A DNA stretch of 64,000 nucleotides from Magnetovibrio sp. (GCF_036568125.1 NZ_DATCTF010000006.1:44082-108081), one strand, 5' to 3'. Shown: positions 15,814 through 24,990, numbered from the stretch's first letter. Made by a program: numbers and translations. The notes: generated from the letters alone by a model not told the origin.

Positions 15814-15867
15814 GGCAAGGTTTGCCCCAGTTCACAGCGGTGGAGGTGCAGGTGAGCAAAACTTGCC
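15814..15867. promoter_or_regulatory. two GGCAR-N3-YTGCC-type dyads upstream of the flgE promoter
   Basis: GGCAAGGTTTGCC (15814-15826, perfect palindrome) and AGCAAAACTTGCC (15855-15867, one mismatch). The AT-rich tract TTGTTTTTAAATAAAAAGT lies between them and the promoter. Confidence 0.4.
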
Positions 15868-15875
15868 GGGCCCGG

Positions 15876-16961
15876 TTAAGGGATGGCGAAGGCGAACACT
15901 TGCTTGGGGTCGGCCCACACGCTGACAGCGGCGCCTTCTTCGGGCTTCATCACGCCGGGCACGCGCACATGCAAACGCACTTCATCAGTGGCGCTTCGAG
16001 GGGTGCGCGGCACGAGAATGTGCAGGTGGCTGGAACGCCCCAGGAGGTAGGCTTCTTCGATGCGTCCGGTGGTCGAACAGCACCCTTCGGGCGCTTCGTG
16101 GTTTGCCCCCATGGTCACGCGAATGCCTTCCATACGCACCAGCACTTGGGCGTGTTGGCCGTCGGGGATCGAAGGGATCGGGAAGGGGCCGAACGGGGTT
16201 TGCAATTGACCCTTATCGACAACGCCTTCGAAGTGATTCATCGGCCCAAACAGCTCCGCGACGAAGGCGTCGTTGGGATGGAAGTAGATCTGCACCGGGG
16301 TGCCCGCCTGAACCACTTTGCCGCTTTTCATGACCACGATGTGATCGGCCATGAACATGGCCTCTTCGGGGTCGTGCGTGACCATCAACACAGCCACGCC
16401 GCATTCCTTGAGGAAATTGAGCGTGTCTTCGCGAACCTGAGCGCGACGCGTCACGTCGAGACCGGAAAACGGTTCATCCAACAGCAACACTTGCGGTTCC
16501 GGTGCGAGTGCACGCAGCAACGCCACACGCTGCTGTTGACCGCCGGAAAGCACATGGGGATAGCTGTTGCGATGCTTGGCCACACCCATGCGTTCCAGTC
16601 CCGCTTCGATCCATTGCCGACGCTCAGACGTCAAATCTTTGATGCCGAAAGCGATGTTTTCGTACACGCTCAAGTGTGGAAACAGCGCGTAATCTTGAAA
16701 CATCAGTCCGATGCCGCGTTGTTCCGGGGGCAGGCACATGCCGTCATGTCCGTTGGCGACCATTTTGCCTTGCAAGTAGACGCGACCGTTTTGCACCGTT
16801 TCCAATCCGGCGGCGAGGCGTAGCAAGGTGGTTTTGCCGCAGCCGCTGGGGCCCAGCAGGCACGTCAGTTTGCCCGCTTCGGCGACCAGGGACACGTCCT
16901 TGAGGACTTCCGCCGCGCCGAACGCATGGCGGATGCGTTCCATCACAAGACCCGAGGTCAT
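15876..16961 (-). CDS. Fe(3+)-type ABC transporter ATP-binding protein (FbpC/Afu-like)
   Basis: Walker A GPSGCGKTT, signature LSGGQQQRVAL, Walker B LLLDEPFS, plus a C-terminal TOBE-like tail. Confidence 0.85.
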   Translation of the reverse strand: MTSGLVMERIRHAFGAAEVLKDVSLVAEAGKLTCLLGPSGCGKTTLLRLAAGLETVQNGRVYLQGKMVANGHDGMCLPPEQRGIGLMFQDYALFPHLSVYENIAFGIKDLTSERRQWIEAGLERMGVAKHRNSYPHVLSGGQQQRVALLRALAPEPQVLLLDEPFSGLDVTRRAQVREDTLNFLKECGVAVLMVTHDPEEAMFMADHIVVMKSGKVVQAGTPVQIYFHPNDAFVAELFGPMNHFEGVVDKGQLQTPFGPFPIPSIPDGQHAQVLVRMEGIRVTMGANHEAPEGCCSTTGRIEEAYLLGRSSHLHILVPRTPRSATDEVRLHVRVPGVMKPEEGAAVSVWADPKQVFAFAIP

Positions 16962-18763
16962 GGCGCGGCCTCCTCAAGATCAAGCAACGTGGGCTCGGCG
17001 ACTTGTGCAGCCTGACCGGTGCGCGAACGCGCGATGGTGAGGCTCAGCAAAATAACCGGAATGATTCCCGCGCCGACGATGGTCAACGCCGCCAGCGAGG
17101 CTTCGGGCAGCAATTCATCCGACGCGTATTGATGCACGAAGGTCGCCAACGTCTCAAAATCGAACGGACGCAGGATCACCGTCATAGGAAGTTCCTTCAT
17201 GCAATCAACAAACACCAGCAACGCCGCGGTCATGATCGAACCTTGCATCATCGGCAGATGAACGCGGCGAAGCGTCGCCATCGGGCCGGCGCCCAAGGTG
17301 CGCGCCGCACCGTCCATGTTGGCGGTGATTTTACCGAGGCCCGCCTCGGCAGACCCGAACGACAACGACAAAAAACGCACCACATAGCCGAACGTCACGG
17401 CGAGCACAGTGCCGGAAAAGATCAGCCCCGTCGAGACGTCAAATGTACGTCGCGTCCAGCCGTCGATGGTGTTGTCGAGCCAGCCCAGATACATCAAAAT
17501 GCCGATCGCCAGCACCGCGCCGGGCACCGCGTAGCCCAGCGCCGCCAAGCGCGTTACGCCGCGTACCCACGATGCTTGGCCGAGGCGCAGGCTGTAGGCG
17601 AGAAACACACCCAGCACGATGGCCATGATGGCGGCCAAACCCGACAGCAGCAGTGAATGGCCGGTAAAGGTCCAAAAGTCGGCATCCAGGGTGTCTTGAT
17701 AAAAGTCCATGGCGTAGCTGCCCAACACCCAGGCGGGCACGGCAAAACCCAGCGTCACCGGGATGGCACAAGCCATAAAGGCCAGCGTCGCCACCGGGGC
17801 GGATAGGCGAAAACCGGGCAGGGCGCGCACATGGGTGGAGGTGTGGTGAAATTTCTGTTTGCGCCGGCCGTAGCGTTCCAGGCCGACCAAGACGATCACG
17901 AACATCAACAGCATGCTTGCCAGTTGCGCCGCGCCGGACGGGCTGTTCATATTCAGCCAAACGTCGAAAATACCGGCGGTGAAGGTCGCGACGGCGAAGA
18001 AATCGACGGTGCCGAAATCGTTCAAGGTTTCCATCATCACCAAGCTGACGCCCACCGCGATGGACGGCCGCGCAAGCGGCAGGGCGACTTTGAAAAAGCT
18101 CGTCCACGGGCCTTTGCCGAGCGTGCGGCTGGCTTCCAGAACGCACACGCTCTGTTCTAGAAATGCTGCACGCGCCAAAAGATAGACGTATGGATACAGC
18201 ACCAACGTCATCATGGTGATGGCGCCGCCCAGCGAGCGGATTTCCGGAAAGACGTAGTCGTGGCGGGTTTGAAAACCGAATGCGTCGCGGATCATGCCCT
18301 GAATGGGGCCGGAGTATTCCAACAAGTCGGTATAGACGTATGCGATCACGTAGGCTGGCACGGCCATGGGAATCAGCAGCGCCCACTCGAAAATGCGCCG
18401 CCCCGGAAACCGGCACATGGTGACGATCCACGCGGTGCCGGTACCAATGACGAAGGTGCCCACTCCCACGCCAACCATTAACAACACGGTGTTGAACACC
18501 AGTCGGCCCAAGACGGTTTCGACCAGGTGGCTCCACATATCGCCCGACGGGGTGAGCGCCAAGCCGATCACCCACAAGATCGGCATCGCCACGGCGATCG
18601 CGACCGCAAGCGTGCCAAAAGCCCAGACATCAATTCTGGGCAGTTTGAAGCGAGAGGAAGCGCTTTGGGGACCAGGTGACGCGACCGAATGGGGCATCTG
18701 TGTTCCGCTGTTGTCAATAAAAGCTCGACACCGTGGAAACCCAAGCATCGCGAGGGTTTCCAC
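16958..18763 (-). CDS. Fe(3+)-type ABC transporter permease, duplicated two-domain form (FbpB-like)
   Basis: About 600 aa with two repeated six-TM permease halves. Overlaps the ATPase gene start. True start uncertain (18763 GTG, 18748 or 18697 ATG). Confidence 0.8.
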   Translation of the reverse strand: METLAMLGFPRCRAFIDNSGTQMPHSVASPGPQSASSRFKLPRIDVWAFGTLAVAIAVAMPILWVIGLALTPSGDMWSHLVETVLGRLVFNTVLLMVGVGVGTFVIGTGTAWIVTMCRFPGRRIFEWALLIPMAVPAYVIAYVYTDLLEYSGPIQGMIRDAFGFQTRHDYVFPEIRSLGGAITMMTLVLYPYVYLLARAAFLEQSVCVLEASRTLGKGPWTSFFKVALPLARPSIAVGVSLVMMETLNDFGTVDFFAVATFTAGIFDVWLNMNSPSGAAQLASMLLMFVIVLVGLERYGRRKQKFHHTSTHVRALPGFRLSAPVATLAFMACAIPVTLGFAVPAWVLGSYAMDFYQDTLDADFWTFTGHSLLLSGLAAIMAIVLGVFLAYSLRLGQASWVRGVTRLAALGYAVPGAVLAIGILMYLGWLDNTIDGWTRRTFDVSTGLIFSGTVLAVTFGYVVRFLSLSFGSAEAGLGKITANMDGAARTLGAGPMATLRRVHLPMMQGSIMTAALLVFVDCMKELPMTVILRPFDFETLATFVHQYASDELLPEASLAALTIVGAGIIPVILLSLTIARSRTGQAAQVAEPTLLDLEEAAP

Positions 18764-18777
18764 GGGTCCGAGTGGGT

Positions 18778-19845
18778 TTAATGGTCGAAGCCGACGGTGT
18801 CCATCATTTTCGTGGCGGTGGTGTGTGCGCTGACGATCTCCGACAAGTTGCGATCGTCGGCTTTGAACGTGCCCCAGCTGGCAACCAACGGATCGAGCGG
18901 CACGCCTGCTTTCAGCGGATATTCGAAGTTTGACGCGGCGTAGATGCCCTGAGCGTCGTCGGACGATAGGAATTCAAGGAACTTGACCGCTTCGTCGTAG
19001 TGCTTTGAGCTCTTGGTGATGGCGGCGGCGGACACGTTGACGTGGGTGCCGCGGTCGTTTTGATTGGGGAAGATGATGTTGACGGCGTTGGCCCATTCCT
19101 TTTGTTCGGGCTTTTCATCGTTGGTGATCATCATGCCGAAGTAGTAGCTGTTGCCCAGAGCGACGTCGCATTCGCCTTCCATGACGGCCTTTACCTGGGC
19201 GCGGTCATTGCCTTGCGGGCGGCGCGCCAGATTTTCCTTCACGCCGCGCAGCCAGGTCTCGGCCTCTTTTTCGCCTTTCGCCGCGATCACCGACGCCAGC
19301 AAGGACACATTGTAGGGATGTTTGCCCGAACGGGTGCAGACGCGGCCTTTCATGTGCGGTTTGGCAAGGTCTTCATACGTCGTCACTTCACCGGGTTTAA
19401 CGCGGGTTTTGTGCGCGTAGATGGCGCGTGCGCGCATCGTCAGGCCGGTCCAAAGGCCGTTGGGATCGCGATACTGAGAGGGGATGTTGGACGTAATGAC
19501 GTCGCTTTTGATGGGTTGGAGCAGATTGTCGGCCGTGAATTCGGCCATTTGGTTGATGTCCGCCGTCAGCACCACGTCGGCCGGGCTGTTCATGCCTTCC
19601 GATTGCAGGCGCTGGAGCAGCCCTTTGCTGGCTGAGACGACCTTGACGGTGACACCGGTCTTTTGCTCGTAGGCCTTGACCAGCGGCTCCACCAAAAAGG
19701 CTTGGCGGTAGGAATAGACATTGACGACCTTATCCGCGGCCACGGCCTGGGATGTGGCGCTCAACCCGACAAGGGCGAGGGTCGCGGCGGCCAGGGACAG
19801 CACCGATAGGGCGCGTGTGGGTTTGTGTTGAATGGGGGTACTCAT
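18778..19845 (-). CDS. Fe(3+) ABC transporter substrate-binding protein (FbpA/FutA-like)
   Basis: Signal peptide MSTPIQHKPTRALSVLSLAAATLALVGLSATSQAVA, then KVVNVYSYRQ...VVLTADI...GNSYY. ATG at 19845 has a GGAG Shine-Dalgarno; the track start at 19965 is TTG inside the Fur-box region. Confidence 0.85.
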   Translation of the reverse strand: MSTPIQHKPTRALSVLSLAAATLALVGLSATSQAVAADKVVNVYSYRQAFLVEPLVKAYEQKTGVTVKVVSASKGLLQRLQSEGMNSPADVVLTADINQMAEFTADNLLQPIKSDVITSNIPSQYRDPNGLWTGLTMRARAIYAHKTRVKPGEVTTYEDLAKPHMKGRVCTRSGKHPYNVSLLASVIAAKGEKEAETWLRGVKENLARRPQGNDRAQVKAVMEGECDVALGNSYYFGMMITNDEKPEQKEWANAVNIIFPNQNDRGTHVNVSAAAITKSSKHYDEAVKFLEFLSSDDAQGIYAASNFEYPLKAGVPLDPLVASWGTFKADDRNLSEIVSAHTTATKMMDTVGFDH

Positions 19846-19944
19846 CTTAAGGCTCCAACTCGGGTCTGCTCGGGGGCGAGGGAATGAAACGTCAGTTTGC
19901 TTATGGTCCGTCAGAAATATCGATATTCTAGTTTGGAATGATTT

Positions 19945-20010
19945 GAAATTGATAATCATTCGCAATTGATGATTTGGACGCTATCCTAATTGAGAATGAC
20001 TTGCAATAAC
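19945..20010 (-). promoter_or_regulatory. two Fur-box-like operators upstream of the Fe(3+) ABC transporter operon
   Basis: TTGATAATCATTCGCAATTGAT (about 19948-19970) and AATTGAGAATGACTTGCAATAAC (19988-20010). Both resemble GATAATGATAATCATTATC and are inverted near-copies of each other. Confidence 0.55.
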
Positions 20011-20179
20011 TATTTTCAGGTTCGGTACTGTGCTCCAAAATCAAGGCGAAAACCTCGGTGCATGCGCGTGAGACGGATTGTATCAACTGATATTTAACCC
20101 AATGCGTTCATGCTCTATGATGCTTCAACGCCCGAGTCTGGCGTGCACCCGCTTGGACACAACCGAACAGGCCAAACGT

Positions 20180-20626
20180 ATGAAGATCGGAAACGTAGAT
20201 CAGAGCAAAGGCGTCGATCGTTCGAAACGCAAAAAGGGCGTTTCTGGCGGCGGTTCGTCTGCGTTCGCCGATCAATTGCGTGGGGCGTCCGGAGGGGGCG
20301 AGACATCCTCCACGGAAGGCGCCGTCACGGACTCGGTGACGCTGAGCGGGGTCGATGCTTTGCTGGCGATGCAAGAAGTCGGCGATGCCACCGATGGGCG
20401 GGCACGGAAACAGGCTCAATCCTATGGTGAGGATCTTCTGGATCGTTTGACCGCCTTGCAGGATGCGCTTTTACGCGGCGCCATCCCCAAAGAGAACCTC
20501 ATGGAAATGGCTAAGCGGATTCGGACCGCACGGGTCAAAGTGCAAGATCCAAAGCTCAATGCGATCCTCGACGCCATCGAATTGCGCGCTGAGGTTGAGA
20601 TCGCCAAATACGCCCGCAGTTCCTGA
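20180..20626 (+). CDS. fliX: class II flagellar assembly regulator FliX
   Basis: VDALLAMQEV...LLDRLTALQDALLRG...DPKLNAILDAIELRAEVEIAKY follows the FliX pattern recalled from Caulobacter. Start taken at MKIGNV. Confidence 0.75.
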   Translation: MKIGNVDQSKGVDRSKRKKGVSGGGSSAFADQLRGASGGGETSSTEGAVTDSVTLSGVDALLAMQEVGDATDGRARKQAQSYGEDLLDRLTALQDALLRGAIPKENLMEMAKRIRTARVKVQDPKLNAILDAIELRAEVEIAKYARSS

Positions 20627-20804
20627 TCACAGTGAAAAACGGGGCTGTCGCGCGATTGCGCGGCGCTGTTGCAGTGAATTTATCCGTTTGTTCATCCCTT
20701 AAAAGGCGACTTTATCCACAATCAGGTGAAACGCCTCTTGCCTAGAGGCGAGCGCTTTCATATATTCCGCGCCAAATCCACACTCTGGGAGATATAGGCA
20801 GAAC

Positions 20805-21221
20805 ATGAACGTGACTCTTCCTCCCGATTACAAACCCTCCCCCAAGGAGGAGTTTATGAACCCGATGATGCTCGAGTACTTCCGCCAGAAGCTTCTGGAT
20901 TGGAAGAGCGATCTTTTGAAGGAATCGCACGAAACCCTGGAACACCTTCAGGAAGGCGGTATTCTCGAACCCGACATCGCCGACCGTGCCTCGATTGAAA
21001 CGGACCGCGCCTTGGAACTGCGCACGCGTGACCGTGCGCGCAAGCTGATCGCCAAGATCGACGAAGCGCTGGAACGCATCAACGATGGCAGCTATGGCTA
21101 TTGCGAAGACACGCACGAGCCGATTTCCATTCCGCGTTTGGAGGCCCGTCCGATTGCGACGTTGACCATCGATGCGCAGGAACGCCACGAACGTATGGAA
21201 AAAACCCACCGCGACGACTGA
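20805..21221 (+). CDS. dksA: RNA polymerase-binding transcription factor DksA (single-Cys alphaproteobacterial type)
   Basis: DIADRASIETDRALELRTRDRARKLIAKIDEALERINDGSYGYCEDTHEPISIPRLEARPIATLTIDAQERHE. Confidence 0.9.
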   Translation: MNVTLPPDYKPSPKEEFMNPMMLEYFRQKLLDWKSDLLKESHETLEHLQEGGILEPDIADRASIETDRALELRTRDRARKLIAKIDEALERINDGSYGYCEDTHEPISIPRLEARPIATLTIDAQERHERMEKTHRDD

Positions 21222-21257
21222 GGCTTGGTCCAAGTCTTCACGGAACCGATTGCAAAA

Positions 21258-21284
21258 GGCCGGAGCACCGCTCCGGCCTTTTTT
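21258..21284 (+). terminator. rho-independent terminator after dksA
   Basis: GGCCGGAGC-ACC-GCTCCGGCC followed by TTTTTT. Confidence 0.7.
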
Positions 21285-21310
21285 GCGATCCGAACCACAG
21301 GATAAGTGGA

Positions 21311-21341
21311 CAAAAAGAGAGGCCGGAGCAAAGCTCCGGCC
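21311..21341 (-). terminator. rho-independent terminator after flgH (near-copy of the dksA hairpin)
   Basis: GGCCGGAGC-TTT-GCTCCGGCC on the minus strand, followed by TCTCTTTTTG. Confidence 0.6.
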
Positions 21342-21399
21342 TTTAAGTTGGGTGGAAGAGGGGCGTACCCCAATTCCGAACGGAAACGATCTAAAAGGC

Positions 21400-22161
21400 T
21401 CAGAACGGGAACAGGATGTCCCAGAGCTGAGTTCCCCAGCGAGGCTGCTGGAGATTGCTGAGCGTACCGCGGCCACCGTAAGCGACGCGCATCTCGGCAA
21501 TGCGGGTGTGAGCGATGGAATTGTCGGCGTCGATGTCGCCGGGGCGAACCACGCCGGTTAATTCCAACTCACGCATTTCTGAATTCACCATCAACTCCTG
21601 GCGACCCAGGATGACCAGTGCACCGTTGGGCAGAATTTGCGTCACCACGGCGGCGAAGGTCAGATTGATGGTTTCCTTGCGGTCGATGGTGCCGTCGCCT
21701 GACGTGGAGTGGTCGTTGCCGAAATTGGCGGCGGCGGTGGGGCTGAAGCCGGCGGGCAGATTGTTCTTGGCCAGCTTGGTTTCAAAGCCCAACAAATTGG
21801 TGACGTTGGCGCTTTCGCTGTCGGTGCGGGCGCGTTCGGTCTTGTTTTGCAGCGCGGCGCTGTCCGACAACGCCAAGCTGACGGTCAAAATGTCGCCGAC
21901 TTCCTTGGCGCGGTGATCCTTAAAGAAGGCCCGTGCGCCAGGACGCCACAACGAGTTGGGGTTGTTTTCGGCAACCTTCGGCGCGGGCATCGGCATGCTG
22001 ACCGGGCGATAATTGGGCATCACCGTGGGGTTGGTGATTTGCGTCAATTCCGGTCCGTCGCCGATTTCACTGATCCGCGACACGGTGTTGCAGGCGCTGA
22101 CGGTGGCCGCCAACGTGGCGGTGAGCATCAGGTTTTTAAACAGGGAGGTGGTCCGTTTCAT
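21400..22161 (-). CDS. flgH: flagellar L-ring lipoprotein FlgH
   Basis: Lipobox LAATVSAC after MKRTTSLFKNLML. GDILTVSL, FAAVVTQILPNGALVILG and YGGRG motifs. AGGAGA Shine-Dalgarno before the ATG at 22161. Confidence 0.9.
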   Translation of the reverse strand: MKRTTSLFKNLMLTATLAATVSACNTVSRISEIGDGPELTQITNPTVMPNYRPVSMPMPAPKVAENNPNSLWRPGARAFFKDHRAKEVGDILTVSLALSDSAALQNKTERARTDSESANVTNLLGFETKLAKNNLPAGFSPTAAANFGNDHSTSGDGTIDRKETINLTFAAVVTQILPNGALVILGRQELMVNSEMRELELTGVVRPGDIDADNSIAHTRIAEMRVAYGGRGTLSNLQQPRWGTQLWDILFPF

Positions 22162-22177
22162 GGCTACTCTCCTAAAA

Positions 22178-23167
22178 TTAGCGCATCGCCAGATTGACTT
22201 GCGCATCGACGCGAACCTGTCCGGGTCCGGTGACGACGCCTTCAATCACGGTGCTGGTTTGACTGTTGGAGATGCGGATGGTGTCACCGGTTGCACCCGA
22301 TTCAAGCGCTTTTCCCTTGGCGGTCAGGCGCATGCTCGGGGTCGACAAGACCATGGTGACGGTAGCCCCTTTGGCGATGTCGACGGGCCGACGGATGTCG
22401 TTTTCGGTGATGGGGTTGCCCGCCGAAATGGTGCGCTTGGCGGCCATGCCGATGAGGTGGCTGGGATCGGTGACGGCGTTGCGCGCCAGCCGGGCCTGGG
22501 GCATCTCAACCCACTCCAAGTCGCCCTCTTCGATGGTGTCGCCACCCATCTTGCGTTTGGCAAGCACCGGGACTTCGGTCATACGTTCCAACCGGCCGCT
22601 GACGCGGCGGCGTTCGTCTTTGGCGTTGCCCCAGGCGAGCACGGCGCTGAACCGGCCGGTGCTGGCGTCCAGGTTGATTTGGTCGACACCCAGCAAATAG
22701 TCCTCGCCGACCGGCAGGTGCAAACGAAACGAGCGGTTGGCCAGTGTGGCGCGCGACGAGGCGTCACCGCCTTCGGCAACCAGGCGTTCGAACAGCAGCG
22801 CTTCGATTTCGCTCTTGCTGATGACTTGGCTGTCGCGTTCCACGACGACGCGATCCGCCGCGGAACCGGGCTGCCAATTCAGCTTGAATGCAGCAGCAAC
22901 CCGCTTGAGCCAGCGGGCATCGAACACGGCCCTCGAGCCGGGGCGCGGGGCATAGGCGACGACGCGTTCTGCGTATTCGCCCGTGCCTTGAAACAGATCG
23001 CCCAGACGGATCACACCGTCTTGGATGAGGATGCTGTGGTTAAGCGCGACGTACCCTCGGGGGTGTTCGATGGCGGTGTCGGCGGGCTTTTGTCCGCCGA
23101 CGCTGGCCGCCAGAGCAGGGGCGCCGCTCAAAAGCGTGAGAGCGAAAAGAAAGGCAATGCGTTTCAT
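22178..23167 (-). CDS. flgA: flagellar P-ring assembly chaperone FlgA
   Basis: Signal peptide. C-terminal GDTIRISNSQTSTVIEGVVTGPGQVRV is typical of FlgA/SAF-domain proteins. Position between flgG and flgH. Confidence 0.75.
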   Translation of the reverse strand: MKRIAFLFALTLLSGAPALAASVGGQKPADTAIEHPRGYVALNHSILIQDGVIRLGDLFQGTGEYAERVVAYAPRPGSRAVFDARWLKRVAAAFKLNWQPGSAADRVVVERDSQVISKSEIEALLFERLVAEGGDASSRATLANRSFRLHLPVGEDYLLGVDQINLDASTGRFSAVLAWGNAKDERRRVSGRLERMTEVPVLAKRKMGGDTIEEGDLEWVEMPQARLARNAVTDPSHLIGMAAKRTISAGNPITENDIRRPVDIAKGATVTMVLSTPSMRLTAKGKALESGATGDTIRISNSQTSTVIEGVVTGPGQVRVDAQVNLAMR

Positions 23168-23177
23168 AGCGTCCTCC

Positions 23178-23963
23178 TTACCTCAGCGACGTCAAGGTGC
23201 CCATCATGTCATCCGAGGTCTGGATGACCTTGGAGTTCATTTCGTAGGCGCGCTGCGCGGAGATCAGGTTGGAGATCTCTTCCACCGCATTGACGTTGGA
23301 GGTTTCTAGGAAACCCTGCAAAATCGTGCCGTAACCGGTGGTGCCGGGGGCCGCCGTGGTGGCGTTGCCCGATGCCGGGGTTTCCAGATACAGGTTCGAG
23401 CCGATGGATTCCAAACCGGCTTCGTTGGCGAAAATAGCGGTCTGAATTTGGCCGACGTTGGAATAGGCGACCTGACCATCCAGCTTCACCAGAACTTCGC
23501 CGGAGGTGTTGATGGCGACGTCCACAGCGTTGCTCGGCACTGTGATGTTGGGCAGGATGGGATAGCCGTCATGGGTCACGATCTGGCCGTTGGCGTTGAG
23601 CTGAAAGGTGCCGTCGCGGGTGTAGGTGGTGTCGCCGTTGGGCATCTGCACCTGGAAGAAACCGCGCCCCTGAACCGCTAGATCGAAGGCGTTGTCGGTG
23701 GGGTTGAGGTTGCCTTGTTCGTGGATGCGATAAACGGCGGCAAGCTTCACGCCCAAACCGATCTGCACGCCCGACGGCACGATGTCGCCGGCGTCCGAAG
23801 AGGTCGAACCGACACGGCGCAGGTTTTGATACAGCAGGTCGTGGAATTCCGTGCGCCGACGCATGAAGCCGGTGGTGTTCATGTTGGCGAGGTTGTTGGA
23901 TACGACTTCGACGTTGCGCTGCTGGGCCAACATGCCGGTGGCTGCGATGCTTAAAGATCTCAT
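23178..23963 (-). CDS. flgG: flagellar distal rod protein FlgG
   Basis: MRSLSIAATGMLAQQRNVEVVSNNLANMNTTGF and SNVNAVEEISNLISAQRAYEMNSKVIQTSDDM. Confidence 0.95.
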   Translation of the reverse strand: MRSLSIAATGMLAQQRNVEVVSNNLANMNTTGFMRRRTEFHDLLYQNLRRVGSTSSDAGDIVPSGVQIGLGVKLAAVYRIHEQGNLNPTDNAFDLAVQGRGFFQVQMPNGDTTYTRDGTFQLNANGQIVTHDGYPILPNITVPSNAVDVAINTSGEVLVKLDGQVAYSNVGQIQTAIFANEAGLESIGSNLYLETPASGNATTAAPGTTGYGTILQGFLETSNVNAVEEISNLISAQRAYEMNSKVIQTSDDMMGTLTSLR

Positions 23964-24045
23964 GGTTTCCGTCCTTTCGCTCTTTGGCGTTTGTTTTGTG
24001 TCTGTCGGAGGCTCTTAAAGGTCTCAACGCCAGATCAAGTGCTGA

Positions 24046-24789
24046 TCAGTTGCTGCCGACTTTGGCCAGTTCGTTGATGGCCTTGCGGATGCGTTCGTCT
24101 TCTTTGTCGATGAAGCTCTGGGTGCTTTTGTATCGACGGCTGACTTCGATCATGCGGGTCATTTCCAACACGCCTTCAACATTGGAACGCTCCAGGGCGT
24201 GCTGGGCCAGTTGGGGCCGGTCGATCGGTATGGCGGCCTGATCGGTGGTGTACAAACCGTTGCCGGCGCGTTGCAAAGCCAAAGGCCTGTCGAAGGTGAC
24301 AACCTGAAGCTTGCCGATCTGGCCGTTTTCCGTCGAGATCGTGCCGTCACCGTTGACCACGATGTTGGTGTCTTCCGGGGCGAAAAAAATCGGCGCACCG
24401 GCATCGGTCAGCACAGGCTGGCCGTTTTGCGTGACCATTTGGCCGGTGTTGTCGAGGCGGAAGTTGCCGTTTCGGGTATACTGCTGGGCGCCGTTGGGGC
24501 CTTGAACCACGAAATAGCCGTCGCCGTGAATGGCGATGTCGAGAGGATTGCCAGTTTGTTCGATGGTGCCTTCGGAGGTATCGCGATAGCTGGCGACGTC
24601 GCGGGTGAACGACAGGCGCTGGTCGGCGATGAAGTCCCCGGACTTGGAGCGCGTGATATGGTCGACGAACATCATCCGCTCACCTTTGTAGCTGGTGGTG
24701 TTCATGTTGGCCATGTTGTTGGCGATGGTGCTCATTTCTCGGCGCAAGGCTCCCAGGCGGGATAGCGCAATATATGAAGAAGTTTCCAT
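24046..24789 (-). CDS. flgF: flagellar proximal rod protein FlgF
   Basis: IALSRLGALRREMSTIANNMANMNTTSYKGE N-terminus and SNVEGVLEMTRMIEVSRRYKSTQ C-terminus. Confidence 0.9.
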   Translation of the reverse strand: METSSYIALSRLGALRREMSTIANNMANMNTTSYKGERMMFVDHITRSKSGDFIADQRLSFTRDVASYRDTSEGTIEQTGNPLDIAIHGDGYFVVQGPNGAQQYTRNGNFRLDNTGQMVTQNGQPVLTDAGAPIFFAPEDTNIVVNGDGTISTENGQIGKLQVVTFDRPLALQRAGNGLYTTDQAAIPIDRPQLAQHALERSNVEGVLEMTRMIEVSRRYKSTQSFIDKEDERIRKAINELAKVGSN

Positions 24790-24872
24790 CAGACTTGCCT
24801 TTGGTTCAGATCGTTTTCCGTTCGGCTTGTTTGTGTCTGCGTTCGAGCGCAGGTGCCGTTGCTAAATACAAA

Positions 24873-24888
24873 TGCAGAGACCGTGCCA
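24873..24888 (-). promoter_or_regulatory. sigma54-type promoter candidate for the flgFGAH operon
   Basis: The minus strand reads TGGCACGGTCTCTGCA (GG-N10-GC, TGGCAC exact), about 84 nt upstream of the flgF ATG. An IHF-core-like AATCAATGCGTTG lies at 24907-24919. Confidence 0.6.
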
Positions 24889-24963
24889 ATTGTTAATGTC
24901 GTTGCAAATCAATGCGTTGTGTTGGTTATGGTCGTCGTTTGAGGGGGAATGAAAAGGGGGCGC

Positions 24964-24990
24964 GGCAGGGGCTGCCCGGCAGAACTTGCC
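24964..24990. promoter_or_regulatory. two adjacent GGCAR-N3-YTGCC dyads in the flgF-fliL divergent region
   Basis: GGCAGGGGCTGCC (24964-24976, perfect) and GGCAGAACTTGCC (24978-24990). Confidence 0.45.

Noticed and set aside
20805-21221. DksA lacks the four-Cys zinc finger and has only one Cys (YGYCEDTHEP).
   Set aside because: As far as I recall, the single-Cys form is the normal state of DksA in alphaproteobacteria such as Caulobacter and Rhodobacter. It is not evidence of a pseudogene or a novel function.
21172-21561. ORFs overlapping the dksA-flgH terminator region (21172..21561 plus strand, 20742..21500 minus strand).
   Set aside because: They run through two canonical terminator hairpins and are antisense to dksA or flgH. 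They have no Shine-Dalgarno and no motifs.
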